A stretch of 64,000 bases of DNA from Eledone cirrhosa (GCA_964016885.1 OZ024744.1:6386001-6450000), one strand, 5' to 3'; shown: positions 1 through 14,945, counted from the stretch's first letter. Made by a program: numbers and translations. Notes: generated by a model not told the origin, from the sequence alone.

Positions 1-149
1 ATGTTAATACAAGGCTGTGTATCGGCCTGTATTAGTAGTAAGAGAAACTGCTAATGATCAAGAGAAAGCGATAGGAACCTAGGGGTGTGATAATGGACGA
101 GGTATTAGAGAAATTGGGGAGGTGAGTTGAGTCCAAGAGGGGAATAGGA

Positions 150-402
150 CCCAAGGCGGTGAATCAGTATCCAAACCGAGTCGTATGTCCCTCAAATGTT
201 CGTCAAAACGGTCCGCCTTACGGCGTCCCGTTTGTCCGATATATAAAGACCCGCAAAGGGGACACCGGAGGGCATAGACAACGTGGGTGGATGTGCAGCT
301 GAAGGAATGGCGGATACGGAAAGACCCGTTAGGGCGTGTAAGAGTGGTGAGGGTGGAAATAAAGGGACAAGTGTTGCAGCGGGAACGGGAACAATGTAAG
401 GG
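150..402 (-). pseudogene. Penelope-like element GIY-YIG endonuclease fragment (Neptune-type)
   Basis: My minus-strand translation reads CSRSRCNTCPF...FSCTSTHVVYALRCPLCGSLYIGQTGRRKADRFDEHLRDIR. This has the Cys-rich linker and the VVY...YIG...R..EH GIY-YIG signature. Confidence 0.85.
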
Positions 403-842
403 AGGTAACTTATAATTATCTAAGTTAGCTATAACTATTTAACTTATTAGCTATAAGTAAAAATGGGGCTAGATGACTATGTTGGATCAAATATTCTGTT
501 GGCGAAGGAATTAGCCCTTCGATGTTGACAGCTAATATTTACCTCCGTTCTATCGTTAATCTATAGAGGTCGTGATAGAGTTATGTAATATGCTTCCGTA
601 AGACAGAGGTCACAAGAGTTTCTTCGTCCATTGAACGGTTTGGCCCTAGCCAAGATATTCCATGTTAGTGAGTGTTCAATGTTGGTTAATTTAAGGTTTT
701 TAATGAGCCTAGCTAGAGATGTCGAACATCTGTTGTTAGGGTCTCTTAAAGGGGTTAGAGGTAGAGCCGATATAGGAGCTGGTATGCGAAGCAGTTTTAA
801 CTGTGCACCTATATACTATATTGGGTGTCAGGCAATGTCCAT

Positions 843-1196
843 TTAGTGGTTGATTTTTAGTCTGCTACTTGGAGAGGGAAGTAGGCCACTGCCACCATTA
901 AGGTTCCCTGTATAGGTTCTGTTACTGCTAAAATTCCGGCGAATCTGGCTATATGCTAAGGTATTTCTGGTTCTAGTGTTAAGTTTATTATGGTTGTGGT
1001 GAAGTGCTGTGTTATGGCATTTAGGTATGTAGTAAATGGACTGTTCATAACCAGATTCAGAAAGAGCCTTATTATAATATGCCGCATGGTTTATAAATAT
1101 CTCATCATTTGCGGATAGCATGGAGATCCTATACGAGATAGATTTGATTATTGCTCTGATGACTTCCGGTGGGTGGTTAGAGTGTAAGTATTTCAC
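843..1196 (-). pseudogene. PLE reverse transcriptase thumb fragment
   Basis: YLHSNHPP...ISYRISMLSANDEIF...YYNKALSESGY matches the thumb region of the PLE ORF at 5622-7646. Confidence 0.8.
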
Positions 1197-1530
1197 CTGG
1201 TTTATGATAAACTTATTAATATTATTATTATTAATCTCTACATTCCTTACATCAAACTAAAACTATGTTGATAATCTTTTAATAATGTCTTCCTTCTGAA
1301 ATTTGTGGTCTTATTTTGCTTAACTAATGAATATATATATATATATACACACAGAAATATCCACGGTTAGTTGTGGTGTCTAGTCTGCATGAAAAACTCA
1401 ATGTATTCCATATGTTGAACATGTTGTAGGTTAAAGTGAATCCCGGAAAACAATAAAACATCAAAAGGAAAACAGAGTTATGATATAAGTTAAAACAATG
1501 AAATAAAAATTCATGTCATTAGAAATATAC

Positions 1531-1676
1531 TTCACTGCTTTACGATCGTTTCTAGGTGATAATAATATATCGTACGCATATTTCGTTATCGATATATATA
1601 GGGTTAGTTACAAAATATCGAATAAGGAATATATTTACCTACATGTATATTATCAGCCGTTGTCAAAAGCAATGAA
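1531..1676 (-). ncRNA. Type I hammerhead ribozyme motif, U3-A8 core variant, long stem II
   Basis: Minus strand: TTCATTGCTT-TTGACAA-[long stem II]-GAAA-CGATCG-TA-AAGCAGTGAA. Stem I is 10 bp and stem III is palindromic. Confidence 0.65.
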
Positions 1677-2549
1677 AATTTTATTCAAAATCAATAGTAA
1701 ATTGAGTTCTATGATCTTATTTCGAGGTAGCTGAAGAACAAAGCAATCAAATGGTTTTTTGCCATACGATGTTAAGATGAAATATAACTCACTTTAGTTG
1801 AGGTCATGACCCTTTGAAAGGAATGGTTGAATGGTTGAATGGTGTTAAAAATAGAATTACTATAAAGAACCTATGAAGAAAAGAGATTGTTATGTTGAAA
1901 GTGGAATGTAGATGGTGGAGAGAAGTTTAAAAAGGAATGTAAAAATTAAATGTTGAGTTGTGTTGTATGGAATTTTTAGATGAATATAAATAAGTAAATA
2001 TAAAATATACAGAGATAACTAGGATAAATATAGATAGGTAAAGTAATGTTCATAAATATATTCCTTATTCGATAGGAAGTATAGTATATTAAAAGATGAA
2101 AATTATAATAAACTAATAAAATATGATAATATAATAATATAATATAATGTAATATAATATAGTACAGTATGGTACATTGTATAAAGAATAATATAGCGTA
2201 TGATGCATCATAAAATATAAAATAGTAAATATTTTCAAGTGGGTCCATGAATAAGTAATCAAACTCAAATAAATGCATGTTGACATAGTCAAAACACATA
2301 ATTTTCTTGGCTCACAAAAGTACATATATTCACATATATAGATAGAGGTATAATTACATTGATACTCCATTAGAAACATACATACGCATACATAGATATA
2401 AACATATACATATACATGCATACACGCAGACAAACATATATATACATATATATATACACACTTATACATACATATATACATGTACAAAAACATACATGTA
2501 CATACACATATATACACACACACATATATACACACATATATATACATAT

Positions 2550-3380
2550 ATATATCATAAATCATGTCCTTAGAATTATTAGATAAAATATATACCAATT
2601 CCTCTTCCAATTAGCATAATTAACCATATGAAAAATCAATTAGATCAAGCTATAAGAAGAAAGGCTCTTATGAAGAAATCTCCGACAAATAACCGAAAGT
2701 GGCCTCTTCGCGGTGGCCCCAATAGAGTATTTATCCAACATTTCGACAGCATGTAGAAACTGACTAAATATATCATCAACCATACACAATTAGGTGTAAA
2801 ATTAAATTTAGAAGAAATGTGTACATACCGTAATTATATCTCTACCATGGTTTCATCCGTATTTTTAGACATCCAATTAATAGGAATGTCTTGAGTTAGG
2901 ATTCATCAGGAGACAAACTCAAAATCAGACATCTAGTTCTCTAACCTGATCGCGCCAAAATTAGATTCAAAAATGGCTAAGAATCGCTATGTGGCTTTGG
3001 TCAAGCTAGAAAGAATGTGATTGGTTGCTTACGGCGGGTAGGCTTGTTGCTAGAAAGCGCAGCCAAATATCGCCAAATTGAATCTCAACCTAACGGGAGA
3101 TTATTAAATATAAAGGTTTACATATACATAAAGTTATAGATATATATGCTGCAACCGGTCACTTTTAAGCTCTATGAAGAATTAATAAATTAAATAATCA
3201 GAGCAATATATCATAAATCATGTCCTTAGAATTATTAAATAAAATATATACCAATTCCTCTTCCAATTAGCATAATTAACCATATAAAAAATCAATTCGA
3301 CCAGGCTATAAGAATAAAGGCTCTTATGAAGAAATCTCCGACAAATAACCGAAAGTGGCCTCTTCGCGGTGGCCCCAATA
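2550..3380. repeat. Direct repeat of about 170 bp (2550-2723 and 3207-3380), probable tandem PLE pseudo-LTR
   Basis: Near-identical ATATATCATAAATCATGTCC...GGTGGCCCCAATA copies flank an HHR and lie downstream of a minus-strand PLE remnant. Confidence 0.7.
2837..2915 (-). ncRNA. Type I hammerhead ribozyme, canonical core
   Basis: Minus strand: TGTCTC-CTGATGA-ATCC...GGAT-GAAA-CCATGG-TA-GAGATA. Confidence 0.85.
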
Positions 3381-3619
3381 TATATATATATATATTCTCA
3401 TATCATACATACATAGATACATGTAAACCCATGTAATTACAGGTGGTTATGTACCTTGATGCCCTTAGTCAGTAACGCATGAATCTATGGAAGCTAAAAA
3501 ATTAAAAGGTTAAAAAATTAAAAATAAACAGGAAAGAGTATAATTAGGGGAAGGGGATATTAACAAATGGTACGTCATATAGAACTATAGTGAGTTGCTA
3601 GTTAGAATATTTAATTAGG

Positions 3620-4000
3620 TTTATAGTACTTACATGTTTTTCGTATACGGTGATTACAATCTATAATCAGTTCCTGTCTTTTATTCAATAGATCATCTTT
3701 AGATTTAGTAATTTTTAAGATCTCCCCGGAACATAATCTGCATTCTCTCCTGTTCGCAAGATATGGAGTTCTTTGCAGAATGGTATCCCACGATAGCTTG
3801 AAATCTATTTTTTTCTTTTAATAGTTATTTACTGCTTCAGATAAATATGTGGTGTTGATGTTTCTTAAGATGATTTTACTTAAATATTTTGTTCAATATA
3901 TTTTTAGCTGGTAGAGCGACTAAGAAGTCATTTGTCATTGTGTGGAAATTGTTTTAACCGATTAGAGTAACTATCAACGGGAAATAATTCCTTCTGTCCT
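3620..4000 (-). pseudogene. Decayed PLE C-terminal (GIY-YIG tail) remnant
   Basis: Frameshifted translation FKLSWDTILQRTPY...CRLCSGE...LLNKRQELIIDCNHR parallels the C-terminus of the 5622-7646 ORF. Confidence 0.7.
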
Positions 4001-4423
4001 GCTTCTTAGGTATCAATATTTACTTCCCTTTAATTTGTTTTAACTAAGATTTTGTGTATTTGGTTGACTTATTTTTGAATATTTAATCACCCCGGAATAA
4101 ATAAACGATATACAGATATATAGAAAACACTCCTCGATGACTAATCTATGGGCCTGTAATGTTTCATGAAAATCGGTCGTAAGATGTAGGGAATACACAG
4201 ACGGACACACACACATACTTAATTTTATATATATACATATATATATATATATACATATATAACGAAGAGGGTGTGGTAAGATTCCAGGTGGAATATATAT
4301 ACATATAGGGGATAACAAGATATCGTTATAGGTAATCCGATTAGTGGTTGTGAATACTTCTTATCATGGATAGTTTTAGAGTACGGCGTTGTATGACTCA
4401 ACAAGAGGTTATATATATATATA

Positions 4424-4535
4424 TAACTGTTTCTACATTTGGCACAAGGCTAGCATTTATCCAGTACATTACTGGTACTTTATTTTATCGACCCCGTGAG
4501 GATGAAAGGTAAAGTTGACCTCGGCAGGATTTGAA

Positions 4536-4540
<5 letters not shown>
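4424..4540 (-). mobile_element. tRNA-derived SINE, partial
   Basis: Contains the B-box-like GAGTTCAAATCC, the core TTTCATCCTCACGGGGTCGATAAAATAAAGTACCAG and the tail CTTGTGCC...AGAAAC. Confidence 0.8.
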
Positions 4541-4575
<35 letters not shown>

Positions 4576-5621
4576 TAGGGGAGATGGTGGCTAAACCTGC
4601 CAGTAGGAGAAAGAGGGGAGGGGGTGGAGTAGACCCAGTCAAGCGTTGGTAGTGCCAGCTACAGCTGGGCATGAGGTCAAAGAAGATACTGGGGAGGGGG
4701 AGGGGGAGGGGGAGGAAGTCGGAACGGTAGGTAGAACAATGAGGGGTAAAAATATATATGAAAGAGAAAATACTGAGAGTGAAGAAAAGCGAATAAGTGT
4801 AAAGAAAAAAGTAAAGCAAGTTCTACGACCTAAGTCTCTAGCTATTGTTAGGCTAAATAAATAAATAAATAAAGAAAGAAAGAAGTAAAGAAAGAAATAA
4901 AGAAATAACGAAATAAGTAAATGAACTAGGTGGGACGGAATAGGCAAGGACCCTTTTAAGAGGTATAAGTACGTAAATCATACGGTGACGGGTCAACAAA
5001 TGGGGCCAAAATACTAAAGAGACTACCACGAAATAAATAATAAAGGTTTCTATCCCGGGCACAATGCCAGCAACCACCCAGTGCAGCAAAGTAGACTAGT
5101 ACGAGATAATAATTCTGAGTCCCGAAAAAAATATATACTAATGCTAACTCTAAAAGATCTTAAACAAGCTACATGAAAGTTCGTACGAAGTAAAGGTAGA
5201 ATACGGAAAAATAAATTCAGAATCCACCCCGCCCAAAAGAAAAGCGAAGAAAGAAATACTGAAACGAGAAAATAAGGCATAAGTGCCACTAAGAAATATA
5301 GAAGGCACGGAAAATAGTGGGAGCGGTCGAAAAAAGGGGGCAAGTATCCGGGGTCTAAACCAACTGCTATAAAAAGCGGAGTCCGCCAAATCTATCATAG
5401 ACTAGGGGAGGGGGTGGGGGTACTAAGGCTACAAGGGCCAAAGGGCAGCCTCGGGTGGGCGAGAAAAGACGCCGACAAAGAAGAGGAGCTGGGGTAGAAG
5501 GACTAAGGAGGGATGGGGGAAGGAAATAAAGGAGCGATAAAAGAATAAAAAGAAGATCTTACGTCTCCCTTGGCAAGCAGGGGTTACCCATTGCAAAATC
5601 GGGAAGAGGGGTGTTATAGCC

Positions 5622-7646
5622 CTAGTTTACCCCCCCCCCCCCCGGGTCATTATGGGGTTTGAGGGCGAGGTAATTCCTACGCAATCTATGTTTACATGCA
5701 GTAACCAGTTCATCTTTCTTGTTTAGGAGTTGGTCCGTCGAAAACAGCATTTGTAAAGTTTCCCCCGAGCATAAATTGCACGGACGGCGTCCTCCCGTGT
5801 AAGAATTGGCTCTGGACAGTAATCTCCAAGTGAGATCATAGGTGATGTTGTTGTCCTTGAGGTCCCATATGTGGCCCGAAAGTGTAGTGGCGTGACGCCG
5901 GGCCGGGTTTCGGAAGGTATGTCTATGTTGGTATAGCCGGGTCTTGAAGTCACATGCGGTAAGTCCTATATAGGCTTTGTTGGAGGTATCCGTCCTCACG
6001 TTGCACTGGTAGATCACATTACGGTCTCTGCATCTATTGTCGAGTGGGCAAATGGATCTATCCGGACAGTTACACCTCCTGGTCGGTTCTCCACTGCTAT
6101 TTAGGTTATTTCTGCCATCGGGGTTAAGTTTTTTGTTGTTAGAGGAGACGATGTTTTGTGCGAAGTTTGGTGTAGTGCTGTAAGAGAGTTTGATGGTATT
6201 TTTGTTAATTATGTTGTGGTAGCGGTGTTGTAGTGGGAAGTGTTTTTCAATGAGCCTAAAGAATAGTTTCCCGATGGGAGTTGTCACCTCTGCGTTGTGG
6301 GGAGGATTGAACCATGTTACATTGCGTGAGCGGCGGTGTCTCCTGCTGGTTCCGCTAATGGGAGCTGGACAGTAGGATATTTCCACCCGGAAACCACTCC
6401 GCTTGAGGGCCTGGTTGTAATAAGGCGCATGTTCATCGAATATCCGCTCATTAGCTGACAAACGGGATATGCGGAGGGAGATGTTTTTGACCAGGTTGTT
6501 TGTGATGTTCCTAGGATGGTTTGATCGGCGGTGGATGTAGTGCAGGTTGTCATTAGGTTTCCTGTATGGGTAGTACAGGTCGTTTTCGAGGTCGAGGGTC
6601 ACGTCCAGGAAGTTTACTCGGGTCAGGGACGTTTGTAGGGTTATTTTAAATCCCCAGTCGCGGAAGAAGCTGATTAATTGTTTCCGGACCCGATCTGTAC
6701 TACTGGGGTTGTACCCTTTAAGGGTAAGGAGCCCATCATCACGGTACAATCCACCACCGAATGCAGGAAACATATCAGTGAGTTTGGCTATTAGGAATAA
6801 TCCTATAAGATCTGTGACCTCCGCCGAATCCGTGGCGCCCATGCTGACGTCGAAGGGTGAGTCGGGAGCTCTTTTTATCCATTTAGAGTTGTCAAAGAGT
6901 AAGACTGTCTTCCTGGCGTGGAGGATGATTTTTCTTTCCTGGTCGGTGATGGGCACAAGTGTTTCGGCGAAGTCCAAGGCGGCAGTAAGTAGCGGTAAGG
7001 TGATTGAAGCATAGTAGCTCTCTATGTCGAACTGTATGAATTTAGTGTCTCGTTTATCCTCCATATTGCTGAACCATGAGATAACTTCCTGGGTGTTGAT
7101 CCATAGGCTAAGTCGGGCGTGTTGCTTGACTTTTGGTATCACGCGTTCTAGGATTTTTTTGCTGATTCTCCCTATGTCGGACTTCGTTGGGTTAATAAGC
7201 CTGATAGAGGGTTTACGGTCAAAATCGGATTTATGGTCCTTCAGTGTGAAGTATGGTGTCCGGAGGCTGGAGGTAATTTGTTGTCCATCTCGATTTATGT
7301 CCTCGATGCAAGAGTGGTTGGCCTTTTTATAGGTGGAGTTTAGGCTGCTCCTGATCAGTGTGTGGTATCTGTCAGGGTTGACAAAGTATAGGTTCCCAGT
7401 TTTATCCGATTGCACCATGATGTCATTGGTGTTATCATATTCTGTTAAGTTGCTACGGAGTTTTTGTAGGAATCGGTTGTGTCTGGTTTTAAATTTAATG
7501 TTCTTGACCAGTTGGAAGAGGTCATTCTCGAAGGGTGAGAGCAAGGGGTTCGGGGGCGGAGATTTGTAGGTAATAAATCCGAATCTCTCCTTGGTACCGA
7601 AGTCCTGGTTGTCGCAATATCTGTCATACTGGTTCCTATTACCCAC
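5622..7646 (-). mobile_element. Penelope-like element ORF (RT + C-terminal GIY-YIG), 674 aa, 5'-truncated
   Basis: RT motifs TLKDHK, RLINP, QFDIESYY, VSMG and GLYRDDGL; CNC...CPL...C linker; GIY-YIG VIY...YIG...FKTR. The start codon comes from a duplicated terminal sequence. Confidence 0.92.
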
Positions 7647-7746
7647 TCTGTCTTACTGGTTCCTATTACCCACTCTACTACCCCAAGTATTGAGTACTTT
7701 GGTGCGTTATGGTCCACCTGGTTCCTTACCACATTTCCTTCGTTAT
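7621..7746. repeat. PLE terminal (pLTR-like) sequence with a 27-bp tandem duplication; shared with 36241-36327
   Basis: CTGTC(A/T)TACTGGTTCCTATTACCCACT occurs twice, then ...GTATTGAGTACTTTGGTGCGTTATGGTCCA...TTCCTTCGTTA abutting (TA)n. Confidence 0.7.
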
Positions 7747-8572
7747 ATATATATATATATATATTTATTAAAATAACAGATTAAAGTTTAAGCAAAGAAT
7801 CGCTGCTTTCACCCTTAACGGGTGAAATATACATAATACAATACACTCTTACTCTATATCACCTTGTAAAAATCCTTCGTAAACATATACACATTTTTTT
7901 GACGTTAGATTATTCATCCTCAATTCATTATTCTTTTCTCCCTTTCATCTAACTAATTCATGCTCATCTCAATATTTCCTTATTTAAATAACCTGTTATT
8001 CCTTTTAATAATACATATCAACATTTTCTTAACATCGCACATATTATTAAACCTTAAATATTATTATTCTCAATACATATTAACATTTTCTTTTTCATCG
8101 CACATATTATCAAACCCCTCAATATACAAACCTTAACTTTACATTATTTTTCTCTTCGTTAATTTTTAAATTCTTTTAATTTATACATTATCTTCCAACG
8201 GTTTTCAACCTCTCTATGTAAAACAATATATCTTTCTCAGTTATAAAAGCTATCTCTCTCTCTCTCTATCACCCATCTCTCCTCCCACCTCATCCCTCCT
8301 CATTATACTCCTCCCTCTCCACTTTTTACTCTCATCTCCTCCTCTTTTTCACCCCCCCCCCTCTAAATAAAATATTTTTCCCAATATCACACATCAATCT
8401 AAAACTACTTTTCATATGTTGATTTAAAACTGAACTATCCACAAGTGTTTTTAACCTTCATATCATGTCTTCCTGTTTTATCTGATGAAAACACAAATAT
8501 TATTGCATGATGATATTTGTTTTTGAAATGCGTATAATAAAATACATGGAACTCTTTTAACCATCTTTTGTT

Positions 8573-8608
<36 letters not shown>

Positions 8609-8631
8609 AGGTAGCACTTTAATGCTACTGG

Positions 8632-9145
8632 TAACATGTAACCCAGTACACTCTATCTCACGGTCGAGTTGCCGGCGACTAAACTCACAACCCAATCAAG
8701 CTTACTTGGTGAGGAGGGTGATTTTGGACATCGTGCGGGATAAAAAACAAAACCTGTCAAAGGGCAGAGTAACCCAAGAGAGTCAACAGGCATCCAATAA
8801 TGTTTATTTTTGTGGAGTGAGAGACCTCTAGTCTTCATTAAGACATCTCTCTGGGAGAAGATCACTCTGATATAGAACCTGCGTTTACATTCAATGATGT
8901 AGACTAGTTCTTTTTGGGTAAATGCATTTGATGTTCAGAGTGTGTGATTGGCTCCGTGCAAAGCCTTTCCTTACTTAAAAAAGCTTCAAGCTGAGGCAGT
9001 GCTTGATATGTGACATTTGTTGCTATGCATGGTATTGCTGGCTATAGGCAAGCCCCTAGCAGAAGTAAAAAACCATGTCTGTGATGCTTATGCTTAAGTA
9101 TCAAGCGATGGGATTACTCGAAATTGAGTTGAAGCTATCATGTAT
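8632..9145 (+). mobile_element. Diverged RTE-derived non-autonomous element with (TGTA)n tail
   Basis: The 5' part (CCCAGTACA...GGCGACTAAA...AAACCTGTCAAAGGGCA) and the 3' end (ACTCGAAATTGAGTT...CATGTATGTA) match the family at 57998-58575. Confidence 0.7.
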
Positions 9146-9882
9146 GTATATCTGTATATATGTATGTATATATGTATGTATATATGTATGTATGTATATA
9201 TATGTGTATGTATGTTTGTATGTATGTACGTGTGTATGAAGAAGCCTACAAGCTGAAACCGGTACGAAAAATACGGAAATTCCTACTTTGTAAATAAATA
9301 TTCTGCGAGAAAACCTCTTTAGCATTTTTCTAATGTTTTTTTTTTCTTTTTTACTATTACTAGCAGAAAAACCACCCTTCGGGTTGTGTATATTGATATA
9401 TACGGAAGTATATATACATGTAGATATGATACATCAAATAACATCGTAATTGACAATATACTCAGAATTTGAAGAGAGTCTGTGTTACACTGTCTTATGT
9501 AATCTGTAACGTAATCCATGATACATTTAAAAAAAGACGATATTATATATAAACTGCATTAGGAGAAAATTAGTGACAGCAATATATTCGATGTTTTTAG
9601 AAGTGTTATAATATAATCGGAAGTGGTGATATTTGAAAATTGTAAAGAAGTGAATCTTTAAATAAGCAATAAGATATATTTATTCAAGAGTTACGAAATT
9701 TAGTAGATAAATTATGTAATATTCATTCATTAGTTATTCAAAGTAATCCAACTTACTTTACAAACGGGATAAACAAATATATTTTGGACGCAGTCCCGCA
9801 CTCCTTACTTTATTAGAGTTAAGATATATATCAACTCGTGTGTCACTTCTCTACATTCTTAATATATATACACACATACGAG

Positions 9883-9978
<96 letters not shown>

Positions 9979-10036
9979 TATTTTTTTAATAAGTTTCCAG
10001 TGTCCTCGCTATGCCTGGAGACCTACACGGAAAAAG

Positions 10037-10119
10037 ACTTTCCTGATGACGGAATGATTTTTTATATGTTTCTTCGGAAAATATATTTACTCCATTCCAG
10101 AAACTAATTAGTTGGAAGT
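10037..10119 (+). ncRNA. Type I hammerhead ribozyme, canonical core
   Basis: ACTTTC-CTGATGA-CGGAATG...CATTCCA-GAAA-CTAATTAG-TT-GGAAGT. Confidence 0.85.
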
Positions 10120-10285
10120 GATTTTTTAGTAAGTAAGTTATTTTTATAATTTTCTTATTTTACGTCTCTCATATTATTGTTCTGCAACCCCATGCATTGA
10201 ACCACATTGTTAATAAGACAAAACCTATATATTTGCTAGCATTGATATGCATCTGTGTGTATATAAATGTTACTAGATATAAATT

Positions 10286-11570
<1,285 letters not shown>

Positions 11571-11749
11571 TCCCTATATATATATATATATAAGGATATG
11601 TATATATGTAGGTATACGAGATATCGTTTTCGGTTTCTCTAGATCAAAGTTAGAATAGAAAACAGCAGTCAATGAAACATGTAAATGCGAGAAATAACTC
11701 CTACTGTATCGCATACCTGTGTTAATCTCTACAAAAGTACATCATTCAC

Positions 11750-12900
11750 AAAAATGTATTTAAGGATCTCTTTTTCTTTTGCCCCCTTTTTTTCCTTTCT
11801 TTGGTTCTTCAAAGTGACATTATTAAATAAATGAGAGGGACAATTCTTTAAAAAAGTTATTTTAAAAAAGAGTTTTATAATGTATATAAAGTATATAAAG
11901 TATATAAAGAATATAAAGTATTTAAAGTATATAAAGAATATAAAGTATATAAAGTATATAAATAATATAAAGTATATAAAGTATATAAAGAATATAAAGT
12001 ATATAAAGTATATAAAGTATATAAAGAATATAAAGTATATAAAGTATATAAAGAATATAAAGTATATAAAGTATATAAAGTATATAATGTATATAAAGTA
12101 TATAAAGAATATAAAGTATATAAAGTATATAAAGTATATAAAGTATATAATGTATATAAAGTATAGAAAGTATAGAAAATATATAAAGAATATAAAGTAT
12201 ATAAAGAATAACCAGTTTCGATGTATTAGTAACATTTATCTCATCCAGTGTTGAGAAGGAGATGAAAAACTTGCCTCAACACTTAATTTTAAATCTTTAA
12301 TTTTTAGTTTTTAATTCTTATTAATTATTATTAATTGTAATACTCAACATTTGATAAGATGAATTTTACTAATACATCGAAACCAGTAATATTTTATATA
12401 CTTTATATACTTTATATACTTTATATACATTATATACATTATATACCAGTATCGCTAGAGGGTCAGACATGCTTTCCAGCGTAGTTACGTCCCTTTACGA
12501 TCTGAGTTCAAATCCCGCCGAGGTTAACTTTGCCTTTCATCCTTACGAGGTCGATAAAATAAAGTACCAGTAGTGTACTGGGTAATTGCTGGCCTTGTGC
12601 CAAACGTAGAAACAATTATATACTTTATATACTTTATATACATTATATACTTTATATACTTTATATACTTTATATATTTTATATACTTTATATACATTAT
12701 ATACTTTATATACTTTATATACTTTATATATTTTTTTACTTTATATACATTATATACTTTATATACATTATATACTTTATATACTTTATATATATTATAA
12801 AACTCTTTTTAAAAAGAATTGTCCCTCTCATTTTTTTCAATAATGTCACTTTGACGAATCAAAGAAAGGGAAAAAAGAACAGACCCTTAAATATATTTTC
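11750..12900. repeat. Fold-back element: inverted unique arms plus inverted 9-bp minisatellite (TATATAAAG)n
   Basis: 11750-11880 mirrors 12790-12900. TATATAAAG arrays lie at 11880-12210 and CTTTATATA arrays at 12393-12445 and 12618-12795. Confidence 0.75.
12447..12620 (+). mobile_element. tRNA-derived SINE inserted in the fold-back element
   Basis: GAGTTCAAATCCCGCCGAGG...GCCTTTCATCCTTACG...AAGTACCAG...GGCCTTGTGCC...AGAAACAATT. Confidence 0.85.
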
Positions 12901-13258
12901 CGTGCTATTTCCAGTTTCATCTTTTCTCTATAACCACTGTTTTGTATAGAAACTTAGTTTCCTTTCAGGGAGACGCGCTCTATCATCCACTTTTTAAAAA
13001 AATAAATTATACACAAAACACCAACACCAACAGTTTTGCAAGAGATGTCAGCATCAGTGGACCTGTTATTTTTATCTAAAGAATTGTTTCCAATTCCAAC
13101 CCGCCCGTCCCCTCAATCTATCTTATTTCTCATTCTTTCTGCTGACGAAGGACTAGCGTCTGAAACGTTAAGACCCTCTTCCTGCTATATCAAGCGTTAA
13201 CCTAATATATTCCTTCCATATACTGTACCGATTGTGTTGTTATTTCTGTTTACCTTTT

Positions 13259-13301
<43 letters not shown>

Positions 13302-13531
13302 AAAGTTCTATTTAAATTGTAGGGATACAACAAGTAAATATTTTTATAACTGATATAAAGCACTCGACAAGTATTTGGAGTAGATATACGATATTAATAA
13401 ATGGAAACTATATTTATAAAACCATATTTATTTCATTATACATATTTCAGGGATACCAGATGGCCTCCAAAAATAATGGTCGCATTTTAAAAGGGTACGC
13501 CAAAGCTTATTTGTAAAACTGTTATATATTG

Positions 13532-13596
13532 TATTTTGTCTGATGAAGGCATACCATAATTTAATTTGGTATCCCTGAAATATGTATAATGAAATA
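13532..13596 (+). ncRNA. Type I hammerhead ribozyme; related copies at 41680-41740 (-) and 43653-43710 (+)
   Basis: TATTTTGT-CTGATGA-AGGCATACCA...TGGTATCCCT-GAAA-TATGTA-TA-ATGAAATA. A partial inverted copy lies at about 13395-13460. Confidence 0.75.
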
Positions 13597-13635
13597 AATA
13601 TGGTTTTATAAATATATTTTCCATTTATTATTATC

Positions 13636-13673
<38 letters not shown>

Positions 13674-14517
13674 GTGGGACACTGGAAGGTAATATCCGTA
13701 GTGGTAGAGTTAGGTAGAAGTGGTTACACAACAGTTAGTTCACCATACCGAGAACAATTGTTTCACCTTAGCGGATCCTCACCTCGTAATGGGCATGGTT
13801 ATAGGAACAGGAAGGACAACCGTACGAACGCCCATGCGCAGAAACCCGGTCACTTCACACAGGCAATACTAGAATGCGTGCGAGAGGTGTAAGGGAGATA
13901 ACTGCAAAAGTCCGAACAATTTTTAGTTGGAAATAAAATTACAAGGAATCAGTCCAGAGCCTTGTAGTTATGCAATAGGTGTTTGGCGACGCGTGAACAA
14001 CGTGTGAAAAATTCCTTTCTCTGTGTTGTAGTTGGCTTGAACAGGAAACACAAATTTAAATAATTTTCAAAACCATACAATGCATTAGAAAATTTAAATT
14101 GCCAAGATAACAATAGAATCTTACCTTAGCAAATTTAGTAATCTAAGTAAACAACAGAATCCACGTGTTGTCCTTCCCCGACGAAACTTTTACTGCTCAG
14201 AAAACCCCCAGTTGATGAATGCGAAATCCGAAACATAGGGACAATTAAATCATTTCCAAGGCAACCCTATCTCGTGTTATTATCTTTTACACTGTTCCTT
14301 CTTTCTTTTACACTCTCTACGTCTCTTTCTACGCTTCTTCCTACATCTCTCTCTCATTACCACCTGATTCTGTTACCCGGAGATTTACCCATCTGCATTG
14401 TTGAGGCTTCCAAAACGACTATTTTCACCCCCCACCCCCCACCCCCCACACACACACCCACACAGATATATATATATATATATTTGTTATATTTGGGGAG
14501 GGTTATATTGTTGTAAT

Positions 14518-14705
14518 AATTGTTTCTACTTTAGGCACAAGGCCAGCAATTACCCAGTGCATTACGGGTACTTTATTTTATCGACCCGTAAGGATGAAAG
14601 GCAAAGTCAACCTCGGCGGGATTTGAACTCAGATCGTAAAGGGACGTAACAATGCTGGAAAGCATGACGTCCGACCCTCTACTGATACTGCCAATCCACC
14701 GCCCA
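14518..14705 (-). mobile_element. tRNA-derived SINE, full length
   Basis: Reverse complement of the GGCGGTGGATTGGCAGTATC head, B box, core and CTTGTGCCTAAAGTAGAAAC tail. Confidence 0.88.
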
Positions 14706-14945
14706 TATTGTTGTAATAATATTGCCAGAAATAATAACAACACACTCACTGTTTGATTGGTTTTCGCTTCTGTATCTTTTATATCTTCATAGTTAATTTA
14801 TTTGACAATCAATGATTGCCCCACGGTTAAAAATACAGATATAAATATATATATATAGTCTATCAAAGTTTTTTCGTCGCACATCTGCAATATCTTCAGT
14901 GGTACTATTATCATGTGCCCTCCTCTTGTATTGTAATGTTTACGC
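14706..14945. repeat. Dispersed repeat, second copy at about 48555-48830
   Basis: Both copies share TAATAATATTGCCAGAA...ACACACTCACTGTTTG...CACATCTGCAA...CAGTGGT...GTTTACGCCAT. Confidence 0.65.

Noticed and set aside
1976-2610. Ile/Tyr/Cys/Val-rich ORFs here and throughout (for example 11729-12254, 23256-24377, 27090-27696, 42135-42783, 48183-48653, 54247-55522)
   Set aside because: They are stop-free translations of TA, CA, CATA and TAG microsatellites, not genes.
2698-2722. GGCCTCTTCGCGGTGGCCCC resembling HDV ribozyme P3/L3
   Set aside because: I could not find matching P1, P1.1 or J4/2 elements.
13137-13175. HHR core CTGACGA-AGGAC TAGC GTCT-GAAACGTT
   Set aside because: Stem I does not pair, so it is probably a decayed remnant and is not counted.
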